Source: an uncultured Gemmatimonadales bacterium (GTDB taxonomy: Bacteria; Gemmatimonadota; Gemmatimonadetes; Gemmatimonadales; GWC2-71-9). From it: 64,000 bases of DNA. The notes below the pieces were generated by a model, which saw only the letters and a list, made by a program, of their open reading frames with translations, ran no database searches and was not told the DNA's origin. A program made the translations under genes and the position numbers. This document shows, in pieces, positions 1-10,130 of this stretch. Location of the stretch: positions 1,120,001 through 1,184,000 of the forward strand of contig CAVYSW010000003.1 in the NCBI GenBank assembly GCA_963771275.1, read 5' to 3'. Numbering within the stretch: position 1 is the stretch's first letter; each line of letters starts with the position of its first letter.

Positions 1-1101
1 CTGCATGAAGAACGGGAACTGCACGCTGTCCTGGAAGAACCGGCTGGTCGGCGCCCCGAACCGCGCCTGACCGAGCCGCTCGCCGGCGTCGCGGTTCCAC
101 TGACCGTGGTACCAGGGACCCATCACCAGCGTGTTGGTGGCTCCGGGACTTTGGCGCTCGATCGCCTGGTACGTGGCGAGTGCACCGTCAAGGTCTTCAG
201 CGTCGTACCACCCGCCCACCACCAGCATGGCGGGCCGCATGTTCCGGAGATGCGGCCGCAGGTCCCGCTCCCTCCAGAACGCGTCGTAGTTCGGGTGCCG
301 CGTGAGCTCGACGAACAGCGGCGCGGTGCCCCGGAAATAGCGGTCCTCGATGCTCGCCACCGGCACGAGGCCGAGGAAGAAGCTGTAGGTGTCCTCCATC
401 CCGTCCGGTGCCGGGTACTGCGGGTCGGGGCCGGGCTCGGTGCGCGGCCCGCGCCCGAACCGCAGGTGGAACCCGAGGAAATGCACCAGCAGGAAGGCGC
501 CGTTGTGAAACGCGTCGTCGCCGCGTGCGACATCCGTCATCGGCGCCTGAGGCGAGCACGCTACCAGCGCCGGGTGCGCGTCAATGCAGCTCTCGGACGT
601 GTAGAACCCCGGGTAGGAAGTCCCGGTGATCCCCACGCGCCCATTGTTGCCCGGGATGTGCGTCACCAGCCAGTCGATCGTGTCGTACGCGTCGCTGCTC
701 TCATCCACGTCTTGCGGGCCCCGTTTGACGGTGCGGAACGGTGTCATGTGGGTGAACGTCCCCCCGGACATCCATCGTCCGCGGACGTCCTGGTAGACGA
801 AGATGAACCCCTCCCGCTGGAACTGCGCGGACGGACCGAGCGACGCTCGATACGCCTCTGCACCGTACGGCCCGACCCCGTACGGAGTCCGGGTCATGAG
901 GATGGGGTAGGTCCGCGTCGTGTCCCGCGGCATGTACACCGTGGTGAACAGCTGCACCCCGTCCCGCATCGGGATCCGGTATTCGAGTTTCGCGTAGCTC
1001 GCCTGCACGGCGACCGCACCCGTCACTGGTGGAGGCGCTTGAGCCGCCAGGGTCAACGCCGGTACGATGATCGCCAGCATTGTTCTCACAACCGGGTGCA
1101 T
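1..1101 (-). CDS. CocE/NonD-family serine hydrolase (alpha-amino acid ester hydrolase / glutaryl-7-ACA acylase-like), secreted; 3' end runs off the window
   Basis: Manual minus-strand translation (not in the ORF track): MHPVVRTMLAIIVPALTLAAQ signal peptide, IPMRDGVQLFT, PILMTRTPYG, FVYQDVRGRWMSGG, nucleophile motif GTSYPG. Confidence 0.85.
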   Translation of the reverse strand, partial: MHPVVRTMLAIIVPALTLAAQAPPPVTGAVAVQASYAKLEYRIPMRDGVQLFTTVYMPRDTTRTYPILMTRTPYGVGPYGAEAYRASLGPSAQFQREGFIFVYQDVRGRWMSGGTFTHMTPFRTVKRGPQDVDESSDAYDTIDWLVTHIPGNNGRVGITGTSYPGFYTSESCIDAHPALVACSPQAPMTDVARGDDAFHNGAFLLVHFLGFHLRFGRGPRTEPGPDPQYPAPDGMEDTYSFFLGLVPVASIEDRYFRGTAPLFVELTRHPNYDAFWRERDLRPHLRNMRPAMLVVGGWYDAEDLDGALATYQAIERQSPGATNTLVMGPWYHGQWNRDAGERLGQARFGAPTSRFFQDSVQFPFFMQ

Positions 1102-1242
1102 ACGGGGCTCCTTCGCTCGGGCGCTGCGCGCCACACGTCCGGATCGACACCCCCGCTTGGGCGCCTGGAAGCCGGTGAGCCGGACTCTGCAATATGCGCA
1201 GCTAGCCCTCGTCATGGTTCCGGCCCCCCAGAGCCCGCAGTC

Positions 1243-1269
1243 CTTCACTCGGGCTTCATGAAGCCTTCA
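1243..1269 (+). promoter_or_regulatory. Three CTTCA direct repeats at 11-bp period (candidate transcription-factor site)
   Basis: CTTCA at 1243, 1254 and 1265; overlaps palindrome GGCTTCATGAAGCC; lies in the divergent intergenic region. Confidence 0.35.
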
Positions 1270-1304
1270 GGCCGGTCCGGCGATGATCACACCGGGAGGG
1301 AATC

Positions 1305-1550
1305 ATGTCCAGGTCCATGACAGAGGCCGAGCTGTTCGCGCGCTGTACGCCCAACCTGACGCCACGTGTGCTCCCGACCGTGAGTGCGCGCGTCTACTGT
1401 CCGGAAACGACGGAGATCAACCGCATTCAGGTCGCCATGGACCCCGTGACCGGCCGGCCGGCCGTCGTCTCGTGCTCGTCGGGCGACCTCACCTGCGAGC
1501 AGGTGTGCCTGGTGCCGGTGGACGGAGCGGAACCTCGCCCGGAGTCGTGA
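1305..1550 (+). CDS. Small Cys-rich hypothetical protein (81 aa)
   Basis: GGGAGGG RBS before ATG; Cys pattern YCP...SC...TCEQVC; GC-rich codon usage. Confidence 0.65.
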   Translation: MSRSMTEAELFARCTPNLTPRVLPTVSARVYCPETTEINRIQVAMDPVTGRPAVVSCSSGDLTCEQVCLVPVDGAEPRPES

Positions 1551-1640
1551 TCGGGTCGAGCCGCCGGCGGACGGTGCCCTCTGCGCACAGCGTCGGCCCG
1601 TTGCAACCTACCCTCAATTACCGAATCGCCGAGGTGTTCG

Positions 1641-2690
1641 ATGGCCGGGATCGTGGGCTATGGCGCGTTCATCCCGCGCAACCGCATCAAGAGCGAGGAG
1701 ATCGCCCGCCAGTGGGGCAAGGACCCGGAGGTGGTCCGTCGGGGCCTGCTGCTGCAGGAGAAGTCGGTTCCGGGGCTTGACGAGGATACCATCACGATTT
1801 CGGTCGAGGCCGGACGCGCGGCGATCGAGCGCGCCGGGATCGACCCCGCGCGCGTGGGCGCGCTCTACATCGGCTCGGAGTCGCATCCGTACGCGGTGAA
1901 GCCGAGCGGGACGGTGGTGGTGGATGCTCTGGGCATCGGACCTGATGTCCACGTGGCGGACTTCGAGTTCGCCTGCAAGGCCGGCACCGAGGCGATGTTC
2001 GTAGCCCTCGCGGCCGTGGAGTCGGGCCGCGTCGAGTACGCCATGGGGATCGGGGCCGACACCTCCCAAGGTGCCCCTAATGACGCGCTCGAGTTCTCCG
2101 CGTCGGCCGGTGGCGCCGCGTATCTGTTCGGCAAGAAGAACCTGCTGGTCGACGTGCTGGACACCTACAGCTATACCAGCGACACGCCGGACTTCTGGCG
2201 GCGTGAGGGGCAGTTCTACCCGCGCCACGGCGGCCGCTTCACCGGCGAGCCCGCGTACTTCAAGCACGTCGGCGCGGCGGCGCGCGCCATTCTCGAGCGC
2301 ACCGGGCTGAAGCCCAAGGACTTCAAGTACGCCGTCTTCCACATGCCGAACGGCAAGTTCCCGCTCGCGATCGGGAAAGAGCTCGGCTTCTCGAAGCAGC
2401 AGCTCGAGACGGGCTGGATCGTCCCGACCATGGGGAACACGTATTCCGGTTCCTCGCCCACGGGCCTCGCCGCAATTCTCGACGTCGCGGCCCCCGGCGA
2501 CCTGATCTTCCTCACGTCGTTCGGATCCGGCGCCGGGAGCGATTCGTTCGTGTTCAAGGCAACCGAGCTCCTGCCGGAGCGCCGGGATCGCGCGCCCACC
2601 GTGCGTGCGATGCTCGATGGGTGGCGTCGCTATCTCAACTACGGCGAGTACGCCAAGTACCGCGAGAAGATCCTGCTCAACGACCAATGA
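1641..2690 (+). CDS. Archaeal-type hydroxymethylglutaryl-CoA synthase (UPF0219)
   Basis: [39 protein letters not shown] (catalytic Cys), [25 protein letters not shown]. Confidence 0.9.
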   Translation: MAGIVGYGAFIPRNRIKSEEIARQWGKDPEVVRRGLLLQEKSVPGLDEDTITISVEAGRAAIERAGIDPARVGALYIGSESHPYAVKPSGTVVVDALGIGPDVHVADFEFACKAGTEAMFVALAAVESGRVEYAMGIGADTSQGAPNDALEFSASAGGAAYLFGKKNLLVDVLDTYSYTSDTPDFWRREGQFYPRHGGRFTGEPAYFKHVGAAARAILERTGLKPKDFKYAVFHMPNGKFPLAIGKELGFSKQQLETGWIVPTMGNTYSGSSPTGLAAILDVAAPGDLIFLTSFGSGAGSDSFVFKATELLPERRDRAPTVRAMLDGWRRYLNYGEYAKYREKILLNDQ

Positions 2691-2701
2691 CTGGAGGTCC
2701 C

Positions 2702-3850
2702 ATGCGCGATGTCGCCATCGTCGCAGCGGGAATGACGCAATTCGGTGAGCTGTGGCAGCTGAGCCTGCGCGACCTGTTCGTCGAGGCCGCGCTCGAAGCG
2801 ATGCGGAACGCGCGGGTGGACCACTTGGATGCCATCTACGTCGGCAACATGTCCGGCGGGCAGTTCGTCGGCCAGGAGCATGTGGGACCGCTGATGGCCG
2901 ACCACCTGGGCATGCGCGGGGTGCCGACCACGCGGGTCGAGTCCGCCTGCGCGTCGGGCGGCGTGGCGCTGCGCTCGGCGTTCTTCGAGGTCGCCTCCGG
3001 CATGAGCGACCTCGTGCTGGCCGCCGGCGTCGAGAAAATGAACGACGGCGCGGACGTCACGAACGTCCTCGCCTCGGCCGCGGACCAGGAGACCGAGGTC
3101 TATCACGGGATCACGTTCCCCGGGCTGTACGCCATGATCGCCCGCGCTCACATGCAGGCGCACGGCACCACGCTCGAGGACCTGGCCGCGGTCTCGGTCA
3201 AGAACCACCGCCACGGCGCGATGAACCCGAAAGCCCAGTTCCGCCAGGAAGTGACCATGGAACAGGTGATGGCGTCGTCGCTGGTCGCCGATCCGTTGCG
3301 CCTGCTCCACTGCTCCCCGGTGAGCGACGGCGCGGCGGCCGTGCTGCTGTGCCCGCTGTCCCGGGCCAAGGAGTTCACCGACCGCCCGGTCAAGATCCGG
3401 GCGAGCGGCTTCGCCACCTCGTCCATGGCCCTTGCCGATCGGCCCGACCCCGCGTTCCTCGACGCCGTGAGCCTGGCGTCCGGCCGGGCCTACGAGATGG
3501 CGCACCTGGGCCCGGCCCAGATCGACGTAGCCGAGGTGCACGACTGCTTCGCCATCGCCGAGATCTGCGTGCTCGAGGCCCTGTGCTTCACCGAGCGCGG
3601 CCGCGGCGCCGAGGCCGCGCGCACCGGTGAGACCGCCCTGGGCGGACGGCTTCCGGTGAACACCAGCGGGGGGCTCAAGTCCAAGGGCCACCCGGTGGGC
3701 GCCACCGGCGTGGCGCAGGTGATCGAGATCTTCGAGCAGCTTCGCGGCGAGGCGGGCGACCGTCAGGTGAAGGACGCCGCCATCGGGCTGGCGCAGAACA
3801 TGGGTGGATCGGGCGCGAGCTCGGTCGTGCACATCTTCGAGAGGGTCTAG
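2702..3850 (+). CDS. Archaeal-type acetyl-CoA acetyltransferase (thiolase)
   Basis: [49 protein letters not shown]. Confidence 0.9.
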   Translation: MRDVAIVAAGMTQFGELWQLSLRDLFVEAALEAMRNARVDHLDAIYVGNMSGGQFVGQEHVGPLMADHLGMRGVPTTRVESACASGGVALRSAFFEVASGMSDLVLAAGVEKMNDGADVTNVLASAADQETEVYHGITFPGLYAMIARAHMQAHGTTLEDLAAVSVKNHRHGAMNPKAQFRQEVTMEQVMASSLVADPLRLLHCSPVSDGAAAVLLCPLSRAKEFTDRPVKIRASGFATSSMALADRPDPAFLDAVSLASGRAYEMAHLGPAQIDVAEVHDCFAIAEICVLEALCFTERGRGAEAARTGETALGGRLPVNTSGGLKSKGHPVGATGVAQVIEIFEQLRGEAGDRQVKDAAIGLAQNMGGSGASSVVHIFERV

Positions 3851-3852
3851 CC

Positions 3853-4245
3853 ATGCCAAGTCCTCGATACTGGCGCGAGATCCCCACCCGGCTGCGGCTG
3901 GAAGCCGGGCGATGCCTCGATTGCGGGAAGACCGTCTACCCCGCGCGGAAGATCTGCCCCGGCTGCGGCGGAGCGCGGTTCGAGCGGACCAACCTGTCGC
4001 GCGAGGGCAAGGTGGTCACCTCCACCGTGATCCACATCGCGCCGCCCGAGTTCCAGATGGAGGCTCCGTACGCCATCGCGATCGTGGAGACCGCCGAAGG
4101 CGCGCGCCTCATGGTGCAGGTGGTGGACTGCGACCCTGATGCCGTCGGTCCCGGCATGGATGTCGCGCTGGAGTTCCGCCGCATCCGGAAGGAAGGCAGG
4201 AGCGGCATTCTCTGCTACGGCCACAAGGCGGTGCCGGTGCGGTAG
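3853..4245 (+). CDS. DUF35-family Zn-ribbon/OB-fold scaffold protein
   Basis: CxxC...CxxC (CLDCG, CPGCG) followed by an OB-fold-like region; C-terminal YGHKA; directly follows the thiolase. Confidence 0.88.
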   Translation: MPSPRYWREIPTRLRLEAGRCLDCGKTVYPARKICPGCGGARFERTNLSREGKVVTSTVIHIAPPEFQMEAPYAIAIVETAEGARLMVQVVDCDPDAVGPGMDVALEFRRIRKEGRSGILCYGHKAVPVR

Positions 4246-4398
4246 GGAACCTCCGCGCAAGCCTCGCGGGCGTCCCTCCGGCCGCTGGAGTTCGCGAGTA
4301 GGGAAGGCTGGAGTCCTGGGAACCGCTCACTAACGCGTCCTCCGGGCCCCACGCTGGCGACTTGTGCAGGGCGTTCTTAGGACCGGCCGGGAGGCGCG

Positions 4399-4575
4399 AT
4401 GCACAGCGTTCAGGTGTTGGCCGAGTTGAGTGACGAGATGTACCACGCCTACGAGGGCGAGGCGGCGCGGCGGGGCGTGAGCGTCGAGTCGCTGATTCAG
4501 CAGACCGTGAACTGCCTGCTACAGGAGCTGGAACAGGAGGAGCTGGAAGGGACCGACTGCATTTCGCCGTCCTGA
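4399..4575 (+). CDS. Small acidic protein (58 aa), possible ribbon-helix-helix fold
   Basis: Not in the ORF track; GGGAGG RBS; MHSVQVLAELSDEMYHAYEGEAARRGVSVESLIQQTVNCLLQELEQEELEGTDCISPS. Confidence 0.6.
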   Translation: MHSVQVLAELSDEMYHAYEGEAARRGVSVESLIQQTVNCLLQELEQEELEGTDCISPS

Positions 4576-4600
4576 TCTTCCATGGTGCGCTACGGGCGCC

Positions 4601-5953
4601 TCACGGCGCCCCCGCACCTCCCCGTGCGCGCGCTGCCGCCTCCTCCAGCAGTCGATCCAGCGCGTTCCGATCGAACAACACGCCGTTCAAGACCACGGCC
4701 GCGATCCGGCGCGTGTGGCGAATGTCGTCCAGCGGGTTGGCCTCGAGCAGCACGAGGTCCGCGAGCTTGCCGGGTGCGACTGCGCCGAGCGAGTCCACTG
4801 CGTCGAGATAGGTGGCGGCATTGAGGGTCGCCGTCTGGAGCGCCTCGAGCGGCGTGAGTCCCGCGTCCACCAGCAGGGCCAGCTCATCGTGCAGCGTGAA
4901 GCCGGCGAAGGCGAACCGATCACCAGCGTCGGTGCCGGCCAGCAAGGGGAGCCCGGCGGCGTGTAGTGCCGACGCGAGTGCGCGCTCCCGGGCGGTCCGA
5001 TTGAGCAGTCGGGCTCTCTCCTCGAGAGATCGTGCCCGAGCCGCGTCGCGGGCCCGCAGCCAGAAGCCCCGTACGATCTCCGGCATGTACCGGAGAAGGG
5101 TGGTGTCCACCACGCGCTCGTCGTAGCCCAGCGCGCCGGCCCGCCTGACGGCAAGCGTCGGCGTGTTCCAGGTTCCGTGCCTGCGGAACGCGGCGAACAC
5201 GCTGTCGCAGGCCCCGGCCACCGTGGGGTCGCACAGGCCGCCCAGCTCGCTCCGCAGATGCTCGACACTCTTCATCCCGGCATCGGCGGCTTCGACCGGC
5301 GTCACCTCCGCCGGCACGTGGCCGGCCACGGGAAGGCCGTGCTGCCGCGCCGCGCCGACCACGCTGAAGAACGCGGCGCGCGGGAGCAGCGTGTAGACCT
5401 TGATGAAATCCACGCCGGCCCGGGCCAGCGAGTCCACCGCGACACGAGCGCCCGCCGAATCACCGATCGCCATCGAGATGCTGGGATCCACCGGCTCAGG
5501 ACCATCGAGAATCGGCCCGGCGGCCACGACGCGCGGCCCCACCACCATGCCGGCTCGCACGTCGGAGCGTCCGGCGAGCATCTGCGCGAGCGAGGCCCCC
5601 ATGTCCCGAATCCCCGTGACGCCGTTGGCCACGAACAGCGGGAAGAACGTGGCGCGCACCGCCGGATCCCACAGCGCGTGCACGTGCATGTCCCACAAGC
5701 CGGGGATGAGGTACTTCCCGCGGCCCTCCACCACCGTCGCGGATCGCGGCACGCGCACCGCGTCAGCGGGGCCGATCGTGCGGACGTGCCGACCCGCCAC
5801 GAGCAGCGTCACGTCTGCCCGAGAGGGCCCGCCCGCGACGTCGATCATGGTCACGTGCGTGATCGCGAGGGTGACCGGCTCCCTGGCGCAGCCCGCGGCA
5901 ACGAGGATCGCGGCGATCAGCGCCACCCATCCTGATTCGACATGCCTTGCCAT
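4601..5953 (-). CDS. Amidohydrolase-family protein (probable lipoprotein)
   Basis: LIPGLWDMHVH metal motif, DFIKVY, AGTDAG, GKLADLVLL; lipobox-like AAGC. Confidence 0.88.
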   Translation of the reverse strand: MARHVESGWVALIAAILVAAGCAREPVTLAITHVTMIDVAGGPSRADVTLLVAGRHVRTIGPADAVRVPRSATVVEGRGKYLIPGLWDMHVHALWDPAVRATFFPLFVANGVTGIRDMGASLAQMLAGRSDVRAGMVVGPRVVAAGPILDGPEPVDPSISMAIGDSAGARVAVDSLARAGVDFIKVYTLLPRAAFFSVVGAARQHGLPVAGHVPAEVTPVEAADAGMKSVEHLRSELGGLCDPTVAGACDSVFAAFRRHGTWNTPTLAVRRAGALGYDERVVDTTLLRYMPEIVRGFWLRARDAARARSLEERARLLNRTARERALASALHAAGLPLLAGTDAGDRFAFAGFTLHDELALLVDAGLTPLEALQTATLNAATYLDAVDSLGAVAPGKLADLVLLEANPLDDIRHTRRIAAVVLNGVLFDRNALDRLLEEAAARARGGAGAP

Positions 5954-5986
5954 CGGGTTCCTCCCCTGTCATCCTGCTGTACCCTC

Positions 5987-7220
5987 ATGCCACCCTCGAA
6001 CCCGCTTCACGACAAGTGGCGCACCCTGCTCCTGCTCTCGGCCGGCGAGCTGCTGGTCATGGGACTGTGGTTCTCCGCCACGGCGGTCCTCCCGGCGCTC
6101 CAGGCCCAGTGGGGGATCACCCGGGCGGAAGCCGCCTGGCTCACCATGGCTGTCCAGCTCGGCTTCGTCGCGGGGGCCGTGCTCAGCGCCCTCTTCAACG
6201 TTCCCGATCTCTGGGAGCCGCGCCATGTCCTGGCGCTCGGAGCGGCCGCCGGCGCGGTCCTCACGGCCGCGATCCCCGCTCTCGGAGTTGGGTTCCGCGC
6301 AGCGGTGCATCCTGCGCTTCGGCACCGGAATGGCCCTGGCCCTGGTGTACCCCGTCGGCATGAAGATCATGGCCACCTGGACCAGGGAAGATCGCGGTCT
6401 GGGCATCGGGCTCCTGGTCGGAGCGCTCACCGTGGGCTCGGCCTCGCCGCACTTGATCCGGGCCGCGGGCGGCATCGGGAGCCCGGACTTCGTGCTCTAC
6501 ACCGCAGCCGCCCTGGCCAGCGTCGGTGCCCTGATCGCCCTCCGGTTCGGCCGGCTGGGACCGTACCGGGCGGCCGTACCGCGGTTCGCCTGGCGCCAGC
6601 TCGGCCGCGCGTTTCTCAATCGCCCGCTCCGCCTCGCCAACATTGGCTACCTCGGCCACATGTGGGAGCTCTACGCCATGTGGACGTGGATCCCGCTGTA
6701 TCTCGCCGCGGCGTACCGCGGAGCCCGGCCCGGCACCGACGACCAGGACCGAGACGCTCGCGGCCGTCGCGGCCTTCGCGGTGATCGCGGCGGGCGGACT
6801 CGGCAGCCTCCTGGCCGGCCATCTCGCCGACCGCTGGGGCCGCTGCAACACCACCATGCTCAGCATGGTGACGAGCGGCGCGTGCGCGCTCGGCATCGGG
6901 GGCCTCTTCCCGTACCCCGCGCTGGTCACCACGTGGCGTTGATCTGGGGCTTCGCCGTGGTCGCCGACTCGGCGCAATTCTCCACCAGCGTAAGCGAGCT
7001 CGCCGACCCGGAGTACATGGGAACCCAACTCACCACGCAGACCTCCATGGGCTTCCTGCTGACGTTGGCGTCGATCCAGCTCGTGCCGGTCGTCACGGAT
7101 CTGGTGGGGTGGCGCTGGACGTTCGCGTTTCTCGCCATCGGTCCGGCGGTGGGGACGTGGGGGATGTGGCTGCTCAAGCGTGCCCCGGAAGCCGTTCGAC
7201 TGGCCGGCGGGCGGCGCTGA
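5987..7220 (+). pseudogene. MFS transporter interrupted by about 3 frameshifts (~6305, ~6735, ~6930); assembly error or pseudogene
   Basis: Continuous MFS sequence spread over three frames: LWFSATAVLP..AVQLGF | GTGMALALVYPVGMK..GYLGHMWELYAMW | AGHLADRWGR | ADSAQFSTSVSELA. Confidence 0.75.
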
Positions 7221-7252
7221 GTCTCAGCGCCGGCCTGCCGGCCCCCCGCACC

Positions 7253-9229
7253 CTACTTCTTCTCCCAGACGTTGTTGGCGCGATTCACGTCGGGGAACAC
7301 GCGCTCGGCGTCGATCTCGACCTTCACCACCGGCGATGACGTCTGCGCCACGTAATCGGCGCTCCGGGCACCTGCCAGCCAGTGCTCCACCGGAATCTCA
7401 GCCTTCAGTGTCTGCCCGTTGGCGAGCGTGATGGTAAGTCGCGCGGGCATGGGGGCGAGTCCCAGATCCGCGATGGTGATGGTCGTGCCGTTCCCGTCCG
7501 CCTTCACGTCCGCGACCGACTGATCGAGCGTCCAGGTATCGAAGTAGAACGCGCGCCAGAACCAGTCGAGATTGCGGCCGCTCACGTCGTTGAACGTGTT
7601 GAAGAAGTCCCAGGGTTGGGGATGCTTGAACGCCCAGCGCCGGATGTAGGTGTGGTACGTCTTGGCAAATGTCTCCTCGCCGAGCAGGCCGCGCAGCGTC
7701 CAGAGCAGCGTGGCCGGTTTGGCGTAGGAGGCCGTGCCGTAGGCGTAGCCGTCGTAATGGAAGTCCGACCAGCGCATGATCGGGCCTTCCTCATCGGTGC
7801 GCGTGATTTCGGCGTAGCCGTCGTAGTTCCCCAGCTCCCAGCGGCGGCCGGGATAGAACTCGTCTTCCGCCGCGCCGCCGTTGAACGACGTCGTTCCCTC
7901 GTCCATCCAGGAGCGCCGGCGCTCGTCGTTGCCCACGATCATCGGCACCCACATGTGGGCCAGCTCGTGCGCGGTGACGCCGTACAGGGCCGTATCGGTG
8001 GCGCCGGTGAACCCGCTGATCAGCGTCATCATCGGGTACTCCATCCCGCCGCCGATGATCCCGTCTCCTTCCACGGCGGTCATGTGCGGCCAGGGGTATG
8101 AGTAGCCGGTCCAGCGGGACAGGAAGTCGATCGAGTGCTGGACGTACCGCCAGGCCTTGGCCCAGCGGGGCGCGCTTGCCCGGTAGATCGCGTCGACGCG
8201 CGCGTAGTCCGGCCGGCCGTCGCCGTCCCGGTCCCCCACTGGCGTGCGGGCCGCGTCCCACAGCGAGGCGCGCGTGACGCCGTACGCCACGTCGCGCACC
8301 GAATCGGTCGTGAAATGCCAGCTCAGGTATCCCGTGGGTGCCCGCACCGTCTCCCGCCCCGGTCCGAAGTCCGCCGCGGTCAGCACGTGCACCACCGTGT
8401 CGCTCGACGTGGCTGCCCGCAGCCGCGCGACGATCGCGGGCGGCAGCACCGAGTCGGCGTTCGCGAGCCACCCCGTCCCCATTACCACCCAGCCTTGCGG
8501 CACTTCGAGCGTCACGTCGTAGTCGCCGTAGTCCATGTAGAACTCGGCGTTGCCGAGGAACGGGTCCATCTGCCAGCCGCCCACGTCGTCGAACACCGCC
8601 ATCTGTGGATACCAGTAGGCGAGATAGAACAGGTTGTCGCGGCTCCAGCCCATGCGGCCGGCCGCCCCCTGCTGCGGGATCTTGAAGCCGTAGTCGATGT
8701 CGAGCACGGCGGAGTCGCCCGGCCCGATCGGCTGGGAAGGTCTGACCTGGAGCCGCGTACCGTCCACCAGAAACCCGTTCGGCGCTCCGCGCCCGGTCGC
8801 CGGCGTGACTTCCGGGAGTTCCTCCGCCCGCGCCGTCAGGCGCTTGATCTCCATGCCGCCGGTCACTTCCACCTCTCGGTTCCGGATCGCGCCCTCGCTG
8901 TGGACATTCTGGATGAGCTGGAGCACCAGCACCGGGATGGTCAGCGGCGAGCGGTTGTGGTACACGATGTGCGCCGTCCCGTCGATCCGCTTCTGGGCCG
9001 TGTCCAGGCGAGCCCGAATCGTGTAGTCCGTCCAGTTCTGCCAGTAGCCGGGCCCCGGCGCGCCGTTGGGGCTGCGGGTGCCGCGCTCGATCGCCTGTCG
9101 GAACGCATGTGGTACGTCGATCGGATAGGGGAGGGGGCGCGGTCGCTCGCTCGCCTGCTGGGACATGAGGGAAGCGCTGCTGCTGGCGAGCAACAGCGCG
9201 ACGAGAGCCATGATCAAAGTGTTGCGCAT
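7253..9229 (-). CDS. M1-family zinc metallopeptidase, secreted
   Basis: Signal peptide MRNTLIMALVALLLAS; GGMEYP and HELAH...MDEG motifs; true start taken at 9229 within the longer ORF. Confidence 0.9.
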   Translation of the reverse strand: MRNTLIMALVALLLASSSASLMSQQASERPRPLPYPIDVPHAFRQAIERGTRSPNGAPGPGYWQNWTDYTIRARLDTAQKRIDGTAHIVYHNRSPLTIPVLVLQLIQNVHSEGAIRNREVEVTGGMEIKRLTARAEELPEVTPATGRGAPNGFLVDGTRLQVRPSQPIGPGDSAVLDIDYGFKIPQQGAAGRMGWSRDNLFYLAYWYPQMAVFDDVGGWQMDPFLGNAEFYMDYGDYDVTLEVPQGWVVMGTGWLANADSVLPPAIVARLRAATSSDTVVHVLTAADFGPGRETVRAPTGYLSWHFTTDSVRDVAYGVTRASLWDAARTPVGDRDGDGRPDYARVDAIYRASAPRWAKAWRYVQHSIDFLSRWTGYSYPWPHMTAVEGDGIIGGGMEYPMMTLISGFTGATDTALYGVTAHELAHMWVPMIVGNDERRRSWMDEGTTSFNGGAAEDEFYPGRRWELGNYDGYAEITRTDEEGPIMRWSDFHYDGYAYGTASYAKPATLLWTLRGLLGEETFAKTYHTYIRRWAFKHPQPWDFFNTFNDVSGRNLDWFWRAFYFDTWTLDQSVADVKADGNGTTITIADLGLAPMPARLTITLANGQTLKAEIPVEHWLAGARSADYVAQTSSPVVKVEIDAERVFPDVNRANNVWEKK

Positions 9230-9327
9230 TGAGTCGGTGCCCTTGGCGCGGGAGAGTGCGAAAGGTGAACACGCCCAGCCCGGAAGGACAAGGGCGACGC
9301 CCTCACGCGTCGGGCCTCCGTGCAACG

Positions 9328-10035
9328 TCACCTCCGCTTGCCCAGATCCGTGAGTAGTTCGAGCTGGATCTCCTGAATCTGGACGAGGCGCTCCCACTGA
9401 TGCGACAGGAGGTGATCGACCTTCTCGTGCAGCTGCCTGATCTCGAGCTCGGCCTTGAGGTTCACCTGGTAGTCGTGCTGTGATCGTAGCCGGTCCTTCA
9501 CCTCCTGCCGGTTCTGGCTCATCATGATGATCGGGGCCTGCATGGCGGCCAGACAGGACAGTATCAGGTTGAGCAGGATGAACGGATAGGGATCGGGGGG
9601 GCGCCACAACAACACGAGGGAGTTCATCCCGATCCAGAGTGCCAGAAACGCGCCGAACACGATGAGGAACGTCCAGCTCCCACCGAACGAGGCGATCCGA
9701 TCGGCAAGCCGCTCGCCGAGGGACCAATCCTGCTCGAATTCCGCGTCCACGTTGCGGGCGAGCAGTTCGTGCTCGCGCAGGCTGTTCAGCACCTCCCGCT
9801 CGAGCGACGTGAGCTCGCCTTTCTCGGACTCCAGCAACCCCTGCACGTATCGGGTGCGGTAGGTCGTGAGGTCCGACCGGCAGATGAAGCTCTCCCCGGA
9901 CCACTCGGGGTGATCGCGATGGATCAGCTCGGCGAGCGCGTCACGGACCACGCCGCCCGCGACGACCTCCCGCGGGGGAAAGTCCTTCCCGCAAACAGCA
10001 CAGGTCCGGCGAAGATGATCTTGAGGCTTGGTCAT
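9328..10035 (-). CDS. DUF1003-domain membrane protein
   Basis: ADRIASFGGSW, DPYPFILLNLILSCLAAMQAPIIMMSQNRQ, NLKAELEI; N-terminal CxxC. Confidence 0.9.
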   Translation of the reverse strand: MTKPQDHLRRTCAVCGKDFPPREVVAGGVVRDALAELIHRDHPEWSGESFICRSDLTTYRTRYVQGLLESEKGELTSLEREVLNSLREHELLARNVDAEFEQDWSLGERLADRIASFGGSWTFLIVFGAFLALWIGMNSLVLLWRPPDPYPFILLNLILSCLAAMQAPIIMMSQNRQEVKDRLRSQHDYQVNLKAELEIRQLHEKVDHLLSHQWERLVQIQEIQLELLTDLGKRR

Positions 10036-10098
10036 GAGGCTGCCTGGCGACGGGGCTCACAAAGGTCCCGCCCGCGTCGGCCGCGCACAAGGTACGGC

Positions 10099-10130
10099 GC
10101 GGGAAGCCGTGTGCGGCAGGCGGCTCCCGC
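10099..10130 (-). terminator. GC-rich hairpin directly after the stop codon of the Ig-like gene
   Basis: GCGGG-A-AGCCG...CGGCT-CCCGC inverted repeat; no clear U-tract. Confidence 0.3.

Noticed and set aside
106..1320. 404-aa plus-strand ORF and the many other long antisense or alternate-frame ORFs in the track
   Set aside because: Shadow ORFs typical of high-GC DNA; the opposite strand or another frame carries recognisable protein motifs
5400..7220. 606-aa ORF as a single real protein
   Set aside because: The N-terminal part is antisense to the amidohydrolase; only two segments belong to the frameshifted MFS gene
9230..9904. N-terminal extension of the M1 peptidase in the 883-aa ORF
   Set aside because: Overlaps the DUF1003 gene in another frame; the signal peptide starts at 9229
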